Of a stretch of 64,000 nucleotides of DNA, positions 21,797-31,061 are shown piece by piece. How positions within the stretch are numbered: position 1 is the first letter of the stretch; each line of letters begins with the position of its first letter. The DNA comes from Clostridia bacterium. GTDB lineage: Bacteria; Bacillota; Clostridia; JAAYHZ01. A model generated the notes under the pieces. The model did no database searches and was not told where the DNA came from. It worked only from the letters and a program-made list of their open reading frames with translations. The stretch lies in assembly GCA_050950825.1 (NCBI GenBank), contig JBMNIH010000007.1, positions 160,001 to 224,000 of the forward strand. The letters run 5' to 3'. The position numbers and the translations under genes were made by a program.

Positions 21797-22348
21797 ATGG
21801 CCTCACACAGAAAACTTGGGAAGCCTACGGATCAAAGAATGGCTCTTTTAAGAAACCAGGTTACGGCTTTATTCGAAAACGGACGAATTAAAACCACTGT
21901 TACACGAGCAAAAGAGGTGCGCAGCATCGCCGAAAAGCTGTTAACTCTTGCCGTGCAAGAGTGCGATAACTATACAACAAAACAAGTAAAGGTGACGAAA
22001 GCCAAGCTCGATTCTTCAGGCAAAAAAGTTTTGAAAGAAGTCGAATCGAAACACGGAAACAAATACATGGTCGTTGACCGCGAAGAAACCACGGAATTGA
22101 GAACCGTTGACAGTCCCTCCAGGCTGCATGCCAGAAGACAGATTTTAAGATGGATTAATGACGTTAAGGACGAAAACGGCGCTCGTAAAAAGATCGTTAA
22201 CAAGATCTTTGACGAAATCGCTCCCCGTTACAAGAACGTCAACGGCGGTTACACAAGAATTTATCAATTGGGACCCCGTAGAGGAGACGCTGCGGAAATG
22301 GCAATTCTCGAACTGGTATCCGTTGAAACCGAAAAAGCGGCAAAATAG
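21797..22348 (+). CDS. rplQ: 50S ribosomal protein L17 with internal insertion
   Basis: [27 protein letters not shown]; start 21791 or 21797. Confidence 0.95.
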   Translation: MASHRKLGKPTDQRMALLRNQVTALFENGRIKTTVTRAKEVRSIAEKLLTLAVQECDNYTTKQVKVTKAKLDSSGKKVLKEVESKHGNKYMVVDREETTELRTVDSPSRLHARRQILRWINDVKDENGARKKIVNKIFDEIAPRYKNVNGGYTRIYQLGPRRGDAAEMAILELVSVETEKAAK

Positions 22349-22351
22349 ATG

Positions 22352-22395
22352 ATGAGAGGGACTTGCTCCTAAAAGACGGTCCCTTTTCATTTTAT
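22352..22395 (+). terminator. Terminator after rplQ
   Basis: ATGAGAGGGAC...GTCCCTTTTCAT followed by a T run. Confidence 0.7.
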
Positions 22396-22435
22396 TATCG
22401 GCGGATGACTGACATAATTTCACACCGAAAAATTA

Positions 22436-22464
22436 TTGACGGATGTGAAAAAATCCGCTATAAT
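22436..22464 (+). promoter_or_regulatory. SigA promoter for tRNA-Leu
   Basis: TTGACG-17 bp-TATAAT. Confidence 0.8.
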
Positions 22465-22485
22465 AAACACGCAAACGAGAGTTGT

Positions 22486-22568
22486 GCGAAGATGGTGGAA
22501 TTGGCAGACACGTACGTTTGAGGGGCGTATTCGCAAGAGTGAGGGTTCGAGTCCCTTTCTTCGCACCA
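22486..22568 (+). tRNA. tRNA-Leu(GAG)
   Basis: GCGAAGA/TCTTCGC acceptor stem, GGAATTGGCAGAC D-arm, TTGAGGG anticodon loop, long variable arm, GGTTCGAGTCC, ACCA end. Confidence 0.96.
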
Positions 22569-22572
22569 CAAC

Positions 22573-22617
22573 AAATACGGTACCGAACTCGAAAGAATCG
22601 GTTACCGTATTTTTTTA
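22573..22617 (+). terminator. Terminator after tRNA-Leu
   Basis: AATACGGTACCGA...TCGGTTACCGTATT followed by a T run. Confidence 0.75.
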
Positions 22618-22700
22618 TTGCCGAAAATAACGCCGGCATGACGAACGAAAGCTTGCCGTGGTATACTAAAAATATCATGAAGGGTACCGGAGATTTGGAA

Positions 22701-23183
22701 ATGATAAACGGAATCATACATTGGTGTAATGCCAACAGCGGCTTTCTTTTGGCCGTATTATCATTCATAGGTCTTGTTCTAAGCGCTACGGCAATTATCG
22801 TCTCAATTCGTACCGCCAAGCTCCCGTATATGAAAAAGCTGCTATTATCGGGTTCGATTCGGATCGACTCCGCCGGTAAAGAAGCGGAAATTTCCGCTGC
22901 CAATGTGGGCAACCGAGCAATCAAGCTTACATATATAGGCTATGCAGTGAAGAGAAGCAATGAACTCTGTAAAATAAACAGCTTGGACGGTCTTGATTTT
23001 GACGGCTCCGTTATGCCTGCCGATTTAATAAGCTTTCGATTTCATGCGGATGAAATTATTAAAGATTTATCCGGGGATGGCGAGAGTGTGCCCTTGTTTC
23101 TTTACGCAACGGATACGGAAGGAACGGAATATGTGAAACGATACGGAACCGTAGGAGAGCTTTCAAGGAAATTAAAAGAATAG
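22701..23183 (+). CDS. Hypothetical protein with one N-terminal membrane anchor
   Basis: GGAG RBS before ATG at 22701; one hydrophobic helix; the longer ORF call overlaps the tRNA. Confidence 0.65.
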   Translation: MINGIIHWCNANSGFLLAVLSFIGLVLSATAIIVSIRTAKLPYMKKLLLSGSIRIDSAGKEAEISAANVGNRAIKLTYIGYAVKRSNELCKINSLDGLDFDGSVMPADLISFRFHADEIIKDLSGDGESVPLFLYATDTEGTEYVKRYGTVGELSRKLKE

Positions 23184-23242
23184 CAAAGCATAAATCCTTT
23201 TGCCATATTTTTATTTTAAGATACAAGAAAACCGGAGGTAAT

Positions 23243-24007
23243 ATGAAAGACATCAATGGGAATAAGATAAAGGTGCTATCCATTGGCAACAGCTTTTCAA
23301 GGAATGCACAGACCTATTTGCACAAAATCGCCGAAGCGGACGGCGTGGATATGATCGTTGCCAATCTGTACATCGGAGGTTGTCCGTTGGAGCTTCATTG
23401 GATGAACGCATCGACGGATAATAAAGCGTATCTTTACACAAAAACGTACGTGGAACCGAGAGAGGCCGCAACCATTAAAGAGGCGTTAATCGACGAAGAA
23501 TGGGATTATGTGACGTTTCAGCAGAAAAGCGGCTACAGCGGTCTTGTGGAAACGTATTTTCCGTATTTGACGAACCTTATTGAATATGTGAAGGAATACG
23601 CGCCTTCCGCATGCCATGTTATCCACCAAACGTGGGCGTATCAAGAAGGGTGCGACTGGGAAGGGTTTTCTTTCTACGGCAGATCGCAAAAAAGGATGTT
23701 TCAAGCCTTGAAAAAGGCATACGGTTTTGCCTCGGAAAGAACCGGCATCGATATGATTCTTCCGGTAGGGGAGGCTTTTCAAATTGCACGAGAAAGATTG
23801 GGCGATTGCTTGTGCTTGGAGGACAAATCCCATGCGGCAGCCAACGGCTGCTACTTGGCCGGGTGCGTTTGGTACGAGGTTTTAACCGGCAATCTTGTCA
23901 AGGATAATTTTTTTGTACCGGAGGAGGTCGCCCTCGATCAAATACCGATTTTGAAAGCATGTGCTCACGAAGCGGTATCTTTGTACAGGAACGGTTATCC
24001 GAAATAA
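23243..24007 (+). CDS. SGNH/GDSL-like hydrolase (DUF4886-like)
   Basis: KVLSIGNSFS block I, LYIGGC.L..H, WDYVTFQQ, HQTWAY, late D..H. Confidence 0.75.
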   Translation: MKDINGNKIKVLSIGNSFSRNAQTYLHKIAEADGVDMIVANLYIGGCPLELHWMNASTDNKAYLYTKTYVEPREAATIKEALIDEEWDYVTFQQKSGYSGLVETYFPYLTNLIEYVKEYAPSACHVIHQTWAYQEGCDWEGFSFYGRSQKRMFQALKKAYGFASERTGIDMILPVGEAFQIARERLGDCLCLEDKSHAAANGCYLAGCVWYEVLTGNLVKDNFFVPEEVALDQIPILKACAHEAVSLYRNGYPK

Positions 24008-24070
24008 AAAGTATCTCAAGCGTTGTTTGCTATAAGTAAATAAAATAAAGCGGAGTAGGAAAGGGCGGCT

Positions 24071-25329
24071 ATGATCCAGCATAAAAAGCTTGTGATTGCC
24101 GGCCTTTTACCAAAAAAACATTTTATTAAATCACTCGAGAAAAAAGGCTTTATTTTGTTTAAGAAGGAAGCCTACGGTATATAGATATTCTAAAGCTTGT
24201 AAGCGAAGGTAAATGCGATACGTCTTTGGGGAATATCGTAGGAGCGCCGTATGCAACCTGTATTCTCCCTCCGGCACCCAATCAAATGCCGTCTTCCGGG
24301 CAGAGACCGTCAAAAGACTATGATTCTGATCACCGGCATTATCCGCCCAATGTGGATTTTGTCATGCCGGAGGTACACTATAAGCTGCGTCCGGACGAGG
24401 CTATAGTTCTGATCGGACAAACGCCTCCGCCGGCAGTCTATTTTGGCTTCAGAAGCTATCTGGCGTTAGTTGAAAATAAGCCTGATAAAGACTACCGGGA
24501 TACCGTTACGGCAGGCGATAGCCGCAAGGGTTATTACCACTTTATAGGAGCCGGTTTAGGCGACCGGATTAACGATGACTCTATCCGGACCGATAAGACT
24601 CTCTACGGAGCCCCCGGAAATCTTTCAACGCTTCAACAATCATAATCACCACTGCCGATAAAAAAATAAACCGGCATATGCGTGATGCTTTGAACGATTC
24701 CGGCTTTAGCCCCGGTATTATTAATGATGACAATATTCCCATAGACTCGGTTAATATGGGATTGGAAAAGGTAAAGATCACTTTTCGTTTGTTATGAGGG
24801 CTAACATTTTTCAAGATACGGAAGTAGGCCGGGATTATATCTATAACTTGGAGAGATATTTTACGGTGTTACGCATTACCCCAAAAGGTCGTACACGCCT
24901 TCACACTCATGGCCCATACCGGAGCTTAAAGCGAAAGAAGTTTGTACGACTGAATTCAGAGTTATTCCTACTGCAAGGAATACGTTGGATTATCTTAGAA
25001 ATCAAATTATTTGTAAATATAAAAATATGGGATATGATGCCATTGATTTGAACTTTAATATCGCGGTTCCTGATAACTATGAGGGTATATTACAGGATGT
25101 TAACCTTTGGATCGATAATAGAGATACGGTCTATATTAAATCGGAAAGCTTCGAATTAGCTACCGGAGATGATTTTGTAATTGTATATGGCGTCGATAAC
25201 ACACAAACGGGATTTGCGACTTTCATTAACATTAGCTTGTATGGGGAGGAGCTTTGGAACGGTGTGGCAGGAACCGTGTTTACAAATGAACACCGGTACC
25301 CCGCCGATGAATATTACCATACCTTATAG
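24071..25329 (+). pseudogene. Fragmented hypothetical protein gene
   Basis: Consecutive + strand fragments in different frames (24226-24645, 24794-25051, 24985-25329); protein-like coding also upstream of 24226 (GSLRYIDILKL). Confidence 0.65.
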
Positions 25330-25533
25330 TACCGACAACCCCAAAGGGTCGGCTTATTGATATTATATGAGGCCACGCAATCCTATTTACAAAAGAGAAA
25401 AGACACAGTCCGGCTCACTGAAAGCTTAAAGACGTTCCCTCCCGGAAAAGAATGAAAAATCGGCATTGTAGGTAATGCCTTCCATACTATGCCGATTTTT
25501 GTACTATCCAATTGAGGATATTTTATTTTATCG

Positions 25534-27438
25534 TCAAATGGTATTTGCCACTTCAAAGCCTTCCGAGGATGCATCCAAGACTCTTCTCGGAGACAAGGCG
25601 TCTCCTACCGTATACACTTCCTTGAAATGCTTCTTCAATTCTTCCGCTAAGGCCGTGTTGGCTCGATAGCCTACCGCCACCACGATACTGTCTACGGCGA
25701 TGGAGCCGTGTTCCAAAACGACTTTTCCTTTTTCCGCCCCGACTACCTTGGAGTTTAAGTGACTGATTACGCCTTTTTTCGTTAAGAAGGAAAGGTTATG
25801 CCCGATGTATGTGGCACCGTAATCCTTGCCGATGGCGTCAAGCGCTTCCACGATGTGAACGTTTTTGTTTTGTGAACATAAGAACTTCGCCGTTTCCGCT
25901 CCCACCAAGCCGCCGCCGATTACCGCAACGGTATTACCCACTTCTACCTTTTGAGTAAGAACATCCTCCGCCATAACGACATGAGCACCCGGAGCGATGG
26001 GGAAATTAGGAGGTGATTGGGTAGCGCCGGTAGCGACGATGACCACATCCGGATTGTAGGGCTTTAGCTGTTCGGGAGATGTGACGTTAACCAATTCGAA
26101 CTTCACGCCCAACCGGACCATTTGGTTGTAAAGGTAATCTCTGAATTTGATAAAGGTATCTTTTTCGGGAGGAATGGATAAAAGCTCCAATTTTCCTCCG
26201 ATGCGGTCCACCTTATCCAATACGATAACGTCATGGCCTCTTAATTTGGCAATTCTTGCGGCTTCCAAGCCGGCGGGTCCTGCACCGATAATGACCACTT
26301 TCTTTTTGTGTTTTGCCGGGATGACCTTTCTTGTCAATTCGTATCCCGCTCGAGGATTTACCAAGCACTTGGCGCCTTGCCCTATGAATACTTTATCGAT
26401 ACACCCTTGGTTGCAGGCGATGCAGTAGCGGATGGATTTATAATCCTTGTTCTTTATCTTTACTACCAATTCTTCATCGGCAATAAGTCCGCGGCCGATC
26501 GCTACCATATCCGCCTTGCCCGATTCGACGATATCTTCGATTAATTCCGCGCTGTTTAATCGTCCCGCCACGATGACCGGTATTTTCACCTGCTTCTTCA
26601 CTTCTTCGGCATACTTGACCAAGAAGCCTTGGGGGATAAACATGGGCTGAATAATGTATTCCACGCTGTCGTAGCTTGCGGCGGATATACTGATGGCATC
26701 TACGCCAAGTTCTTCCGCCATGATGCATATCTTTTTCGCTTCTTCGAAGGTAAGACCGTCATTCAAAAATTCATCGATACTGATACGTATCGTAACGGGA
26801 ACTTGTCCCTTCACTTCGTCCATAACGGCTTTCAGTACTTGGAAAGGATAACGGGCACGATTTTCCAAGCTGCCTCCGTATTCATCGGTCCTTTTGTTGC
26901 TATGAGGAGATAAAAAGCTGTGCAGCAAATAACCGTGAGCAAAATGTACTTCAATTAAGTCGAAGCCGATATCTACCATACGCCTTGCGCCAATTACAAA
27001 GGCATCTAAAATACGTTTGAAGTCCTCCTTGTTCATTTCTCGAGGATCATTGCCCAAGATGGCACAAGGAATGGCGCTGGGAGCTACCGGTTGAATTCCG
27101 GTAACGGCTTGGGTAGCCTGTCTTCCTGCATGATACAATTGTGCTCCAAACAGAGAACCGGCTTCATGAATTTTGTCAACGAGGGTTTTCATGCCGGGTA
27201 GCAAAGATTCGTCGTAAGAACAAAGCTGAGTCGGAAGGCCTCTGCCTTCGGGAGTTACGGCGATGGAACCGGAGATAATGATACCCACGTCATTCTTGGC
27301 CCTTTCCACAAGAAATGCAGTTATACTGTCGTTAATACCTCCGCCGAATGAAGCATGGCCGTTTTCCATAGGAGCCATCATGAACCTGTTTTTGATCTCG
27401 AGATTTCCGATCTTAATGGGAGTAAATAACTTTCTCAT
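25534..27438 (-). CDS. NADH:flavin oxidoreductase (Old Yellow Enzyme TIM barrel, Fe-S and FAD/NAD domains)
   Basis: QLYHAGRQ, HFAHGYLLHSFLSP, NKRTDEYGGSLENR, CIACNQGC...C cluster, GAGPAGLEAA, GGGLVG. Confidence 0.9.
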   Translation of the reverse strand: MRKLFTPIKIGNLEIKNRFMMAPMENGHASFGGGINDSITAFLVERAKNDVGIIISGSIAVTPEGRGLPTQLCSYDESLLPGMKTLVDKIHEAGSLFGAQLYHAGRQATQAVTGIQPVAPSAIPCAILGNDPREMNKEDFKRILDAFVIGARRMVDIGFDLIEVHFAHGYLLHSFLSPHSNKRTDEYGGSLENRARYPFQVLKAVMDEVKGQVPVTIRISIDEFLNDGLTFEEAKKICIMAEELGVDAISISAASYDSVEYIIQPMFIPQGFLVKYAEEVKKQVKIPVIVAGRLNSAELIEDIVESGKADMVAIGRGLIADEELVVKIKNKDYKSIRYCIACNQGCIDKVFIGQGAKCLVNPRAGYELTRKVIPAKHKKKVVIIGAGPAGLEAARIAKLRGHDVIVLDKVDRIGGKLELLSIPPEKDTFIKFRDYLYNQMVRLGVKFELVNVTSPEQLKPYNPDVVIVATGATQSPPNFPIAPGAHVVMAEDVLTQKVEVGNTVAVIGGGLVGAETAKFLCSQNKNVHIVEALDAIGKDYGATYIGHNLSFLTKKGVISHLNSKVVGAEKGKVVLEHGSIAVDSIVVAVGYRANTALAEELKKHFKEVYTVGDALSPRRVLDASSEGFEVANTI

Positions 27439-27620
27439 CGTATGCCAACTCCTCCTTCTCAAGAGTTATAGACCGGGGTGGGAACCCGATATGCTTACTA
27501 TTAGTATACCATATATGAGCTATAAGGTATCATTTACAGCACGCTTTATTTTATTCGCCGGAAAAACGAATACAATGGTATAATGATGATCGATGAAGAA
27601 GACATATAAGGACGGTTTTT

Positions 27621-29033
27621 ATGGATATAAAAGAGATTGTAAAAAGCTCCGGAGTCGATCGCGGGACGATTCGATTCTATGAAAAAGAAGGCTTGATTAC
27701 TCCAAGGGAATCCGAGGACGGGCGCAAGGATTACTCGGAGGAAGACCTTCAAAGGATTTTGAGAATCAAGCTTCTTATCGGTCTTTTGGTTCCCGTTGAG
27801 GACGTGAAAGGGCTTGTTGAGGGCACCAAGGAATTGAAAGAAGTCTTGGAAGCTCAAATTGAAAAGCTGGAAAAGGAAACCTTCGATGTTGCTTTTGCAC
27901 CGGATATATGCCGAGCCGTATTGGAAGAAAACGTGTCCTTCGACCGGTTGGATGCGAAAAAATATATCCGTCGAATCCAAAAAGAAGTCGAAGAAAAGTA
28001 CCGAAAAAAGGATGAGAAGAAAGAAGCGACGGAAGGAGCCCAAAAACCTTGGCTTCGGTTTTTGGCTCGATTATTGGACTATTTTTCCTATGAAGTGTTA
28101 TGGTCCGTTCTCCTTGTTTTTGTATTTCATGTTCGCTTGTCGGATCGATCCGTAGGAGGAAATATACTGGATACGGCAATATCGGTTATTCTGATGCTAT
28201 TGATCGAACCCCTTTGGCTTCGTTTTATTGGGACAACCCTTGGAAAAGGAATTCTCGGAATTCGGATTACGGCAAAAAATCAAGAGCATCTTACCTATAA
28301 ACAAGGATTTATCCGTACATGGAAGGTAATCGGCAGTGGGTTAGGGTACTTATTCCCTATATACAACTTGGTTTGTCTTTGGAGAAGCTACAAAATGTGC
28401 AGCGCCAAAGAGACCTTACCTCAAGATAAAGAAGTTCGATATACCGTAAAAAAATCAAAATGGTTTCGAGGAATTTTATATATCTTGGTTTTTTGGGCTC
28501 TCATCGCTCTTCTTTTAACGTCGGACGCTTACCAAAAGCTTCCGCCTCATCGAAGGGATTTGACCGAAGCGAAATTTTCGGAAAATCGAGAATTTTATGC
28601 GATGATGTTAACCGATGAGGATATGCTCAACAGCGCTCCCGAATACGAGCTTATTATTGAAGGCGGTTACGTGACCGGTATCGTATGGGAGACGGATATT
28701 CGGAATACGAATGAAAAGATCTACTCCTACGACGCATATATGATACCCGGTGCTCTCGCTCTTTTAGGAGCGCAGGATGAAGCGGGTTTGTTTTCGGAGA
28801 TCCCCGATAAAGTAAAGGACTTTATCGCTTCCCATCCTTTTGAGAATTTTGAGATTGAGGAAGCGGGAATCCGAATTAAAAATGAAGTTACTTATTCGGG
28901 TCTTTCCTTGGAGGTTACGAATAAAGTCGGGAAGGGATATAGCAAAATCGTCTATTGTCTATACCCGGAAGAATATGAACCCGAAAACCGTTATTTTCAA
29001 AGGTTTGCCGTAATGAAAGCCGACAATCACTGA
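27621..29033 (+). CDS. MerR-family HTH fused to an RDD-family membrane domain
   Basis: N-terminal TIRFYEKEGLI.P; PWLRFLARLLD and GTTLGKGILGIRI RDD motifs. Confidence 0.8.
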   Translation: MDIKEIVKSSGVDRGTIRFYEKEGLITPRESEDGRKDYSEEDLQRILRIKLLIGLLVPVEDVKGLVEGTKELKEVLEAQIEKLEKETFDVAFAPDICRAVLEENVSFDRLDAKKYIRRIQKEVEEKYRKKDEKKEATEGAQKPWLRFLARLLDYFSYEVLWSVLLVFVFHVRLSDRSVGGNILDTAISVILMLLIEPLWLRFIGTTLGKGILGIRITAKNQEHLTYKQGFIRTWKVIGSGLGYLFPIYNLVCLWRSYKMCSAKETLPQDKEVRYTVKKSKWFRGILYILVFWALIALLLTSDAYQKLPPHRRDLTEAKFSENREFYAMMLTDEDMLNSAPEYELIIEGGYVTGIVWETDIRNTNEKIYSYDAYMIPGALALLGAQDEAGLFSEIPDKVKDFIASHPFENFEIEEAGIRIKNEVTYSGLSLEVTNKVGKGYSKIVYCLYPEEYEPENRYFQRFAVMKADNH

Positions 29034-29052
29034 AATATCATTTAAAAATACG

Positions 29053-29083
29053 AAAAGAGCCGAAAGAATTCGGTTCTTTTTTT
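29053..29083 (+). terminator. Intrinsic terminator
   Basis: AAAAGAGCCGAA...TTCGGTTCTTTTTTT. Confidence 0.75.
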
Positions 29084-29252
29084 GCAACGACGTTACGGAT
29101 AATTGCGAGTCGGGGATTCGAAAGGCGAGTATTTCAATATATTGAAATCTTGGTAATAGTATTATGAAATTCATATGTGTTTGGATTCTTCGGATTAACT
29201 GTCCGATATAGGCATCGATCATCATATGGATAGATAGTAAGGGATAGACGTA

Positions 29253-31055
29253 ATGAAAAACAATAAGCCTACTCATTCGATTATCAGCAATGTGAAATAC
29301 TTTTTCGGACTGCAATGGTCGTACAGCAAGCTGTCGGTAGTGTTTCTTATTTTACTGATTCCTATTAATATCTCTATTTCTTTCATTAACATTTATCTGC
29401 CCAAGCTTGTGGTAAGCGAAATTATCAACCAAAGACCTTTTGAGCATATCGTCTTTTCTCTTTTGACGATAGGAATAATCCTCATTCTATTAAACATTTC
29501 GAATAAAGCCATTAGCAGCAGCAACTCTGCGCTTATGCTGAAATTCCGTTACGGTTTACTGAACAGGAAGGTAAGCAAGGCTTTTAAGACGGATTACGAA
29601 AATATAGAAGCACCTCAATTCCGATACTTAATGAGCCGAGCCGACGAGTCCCTTTGGGGGTCCGGAAAGGGCTCCATTGTAGAAAGGATGACAAGCGGAA
29701 TTACGGAGCTTATAACAAATATCTTAGGATACATATTATTCGGTTCCATTCTTTCCGTTATTAATCCGTGGATTGCCGTGGTGCTCACGTTATTTTCCTT
29801 GATACATTATTTTTCTCTTCGCCGAGTAAGGAAATTTCAACATGCAAACCGCGAAGAAATATCGAAATTGGATTATAAGCTTTGGTACATCGCTTCAAAC
29901 AGCTCCTCCTTTGAGGGAGCCGCCGATGTCCGCATTTACGGAATGAACCGGTGGTTTATCAATATGTTTAAAACGTTAACGAAGGAACGTCTCGGCTGGG
30001 ATCGAAAAATTTTATGGAGGACTTATATTACCCATATTATCGACGCATTGATCATTATTTTGCGAGACGGCTTTGCGTATGCGATTCTAATTACCAAGGT
30101 TTTGAACGGCGATTTGTCGATTGATAATTTTATATTCCATTTTGCCGCGGTAGGAAGCTTTGCACGCTTGGTGGGCGGTATTTTGGAAAAATATAACGAT
30201 ATCTATTCCGTCAGCCTTACCTCATGCGATTTACGTGATTACTTGGAATATCCGGAAAAAGAAAACCGCGGAGAAGGCGTTCAACCGCCGTCTTTGTCCG
30301 TACCATACGAAATTGAGTTACGGGATGTCTCTTATCGGTATCAAGGTGCCGAGGAAGACACCTTACGCCGCCTTTCCCTTAAGATCCGTAAAGGCGAAAA
30401 AGTGGCCATAGTAGGTTTAAACGGTGCGGGAAAAACCACGTTGGTTAAAATCATATGCGGCTTATACAACCCCACCCAAGGCAAAGTGCTCATAAACGGT
30501 ATTGAAAAGCAAAGGTTTAATATTTACGATTATTATTCGTTGTTTTCAACCGTTTTTCAAGATTATCATTTTCTTCCCGTCTCCATTGCATGTACCGTTT
30601 CCGGCAAATCGAAAGAGCAAACGGATACCGAAAGGGTTAAAAAGTGCCTTGAAGCCGCCGGGCTATGGGAAAAGGTTTCCAAGCTTGAGAAGGGAATGGA
30701 TTCGATGCTCAACAAGCAGCTGAACGCCGACGGAATCGAGTTATCGGGCGGTGAAAAGCAGAAATTGATTTTGGCTCGTGCAATTTATAAGGATGCTCCC
30801 ATTCTCATTCTTGACGAGCCGACTGCGGCACTTGATCCGATTGCGGAAAGCAATCTTTATCAAACATACAATGAGCTGTCCAAGAATAAAACATCGATTT
30901 TCATTTCTCATCGGTTGGCTTCAACCCGATTTTGCGACCGCATCATCTTCATGGAAAACGGCGAGTTTGTTGAAACGGGTACTCACGATGAGCTGATGAA
31001 AAAAGACGGAAAATACGCGGAATTATTTAAAATTCAAAGCCGGTATTACAAATAG
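29253..31055 (+). CDS. ABC exporter, fused permease and ATPase
   Basis: N-terminal TM domain; GLNGAGKTT, LSGGEKQK, ILILDEPT, SHR. Confidence 0.92.
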   Translation: MKNNKPTHSIISNVKYFFGLQWSYSKLSVVFLILLIPINISISFINIYLPKLVVSEIINQRPFEHIVFSLLTIGIILILLNISNKAISSSNSALMLKFRYGLLNRKVSKAFKTDYENIEAPQFRYLMSRADESLWGSGKGSIVERMTSGITELITNILGYILFGSILSVINPWIAVVLTLFSLIHYFSLRRVRKFQHANREEISKLDYKLWYIASNSSSFEGAADVRIYGMNRWFINMFKTLTKERLGWDRKILWRTYITHIIDALIIILRDGFAYAILITKVLNGDLSIDNFIFHFAAVGSFARLVGGILEKYNDIYSVSLTSCDLRDYLEYPEKENRGEGVQPPSLSVPYEIELRDVSYRYQGAEEDTLRRLSLKIRKGEKVAIVGLNGAGKTTLVKIICGLYNPTQGKVLINGIEKQRFNIYDYYSLFSTVFQDYHFLPVSIACTVSGKSKEQTDTERVKKCLEAAGLWEKVSKLEKGMDSMLNKQLNADGIELSGGEKQKLILARAIYKDAPILILDEPTAALDPIAESNLYQTYNELSKNKTSIFISHRLASTRFCDRIIFMENGEFVETGTHDELMKKDGKYAELFKIQSRYYK

Positions 31056-31061
31056 ACAGGG

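Noticed and set aside
7685-22423. Numerous antisense and alternate-frame ORFs over ribosomal protein genes
   Set aside because: Expected shadows of conserved coding sequence, with no independent signals
22540-22568. tRNA-Leu 3' end as an integration site for the following accessory genes
   Set aside because: No duplicated tRNA 3' fragment or integrase was seen by eye in the window
22482-22700. N-terminal 73 codons of ORF 22482-23183 and the overlapping ORFs 22433-22924 and 22436-22630
   Set aside because: They overlap tRNA-Leu and its terminator; the plausible start is 22701
25534-27438. Bilirubin reductase (BilR) or bile-acid Bai enzyme call
   Set aside because: The active site reads HFAHGY rather than the HGDR motif of BilR, and no bai operon neighbours are present
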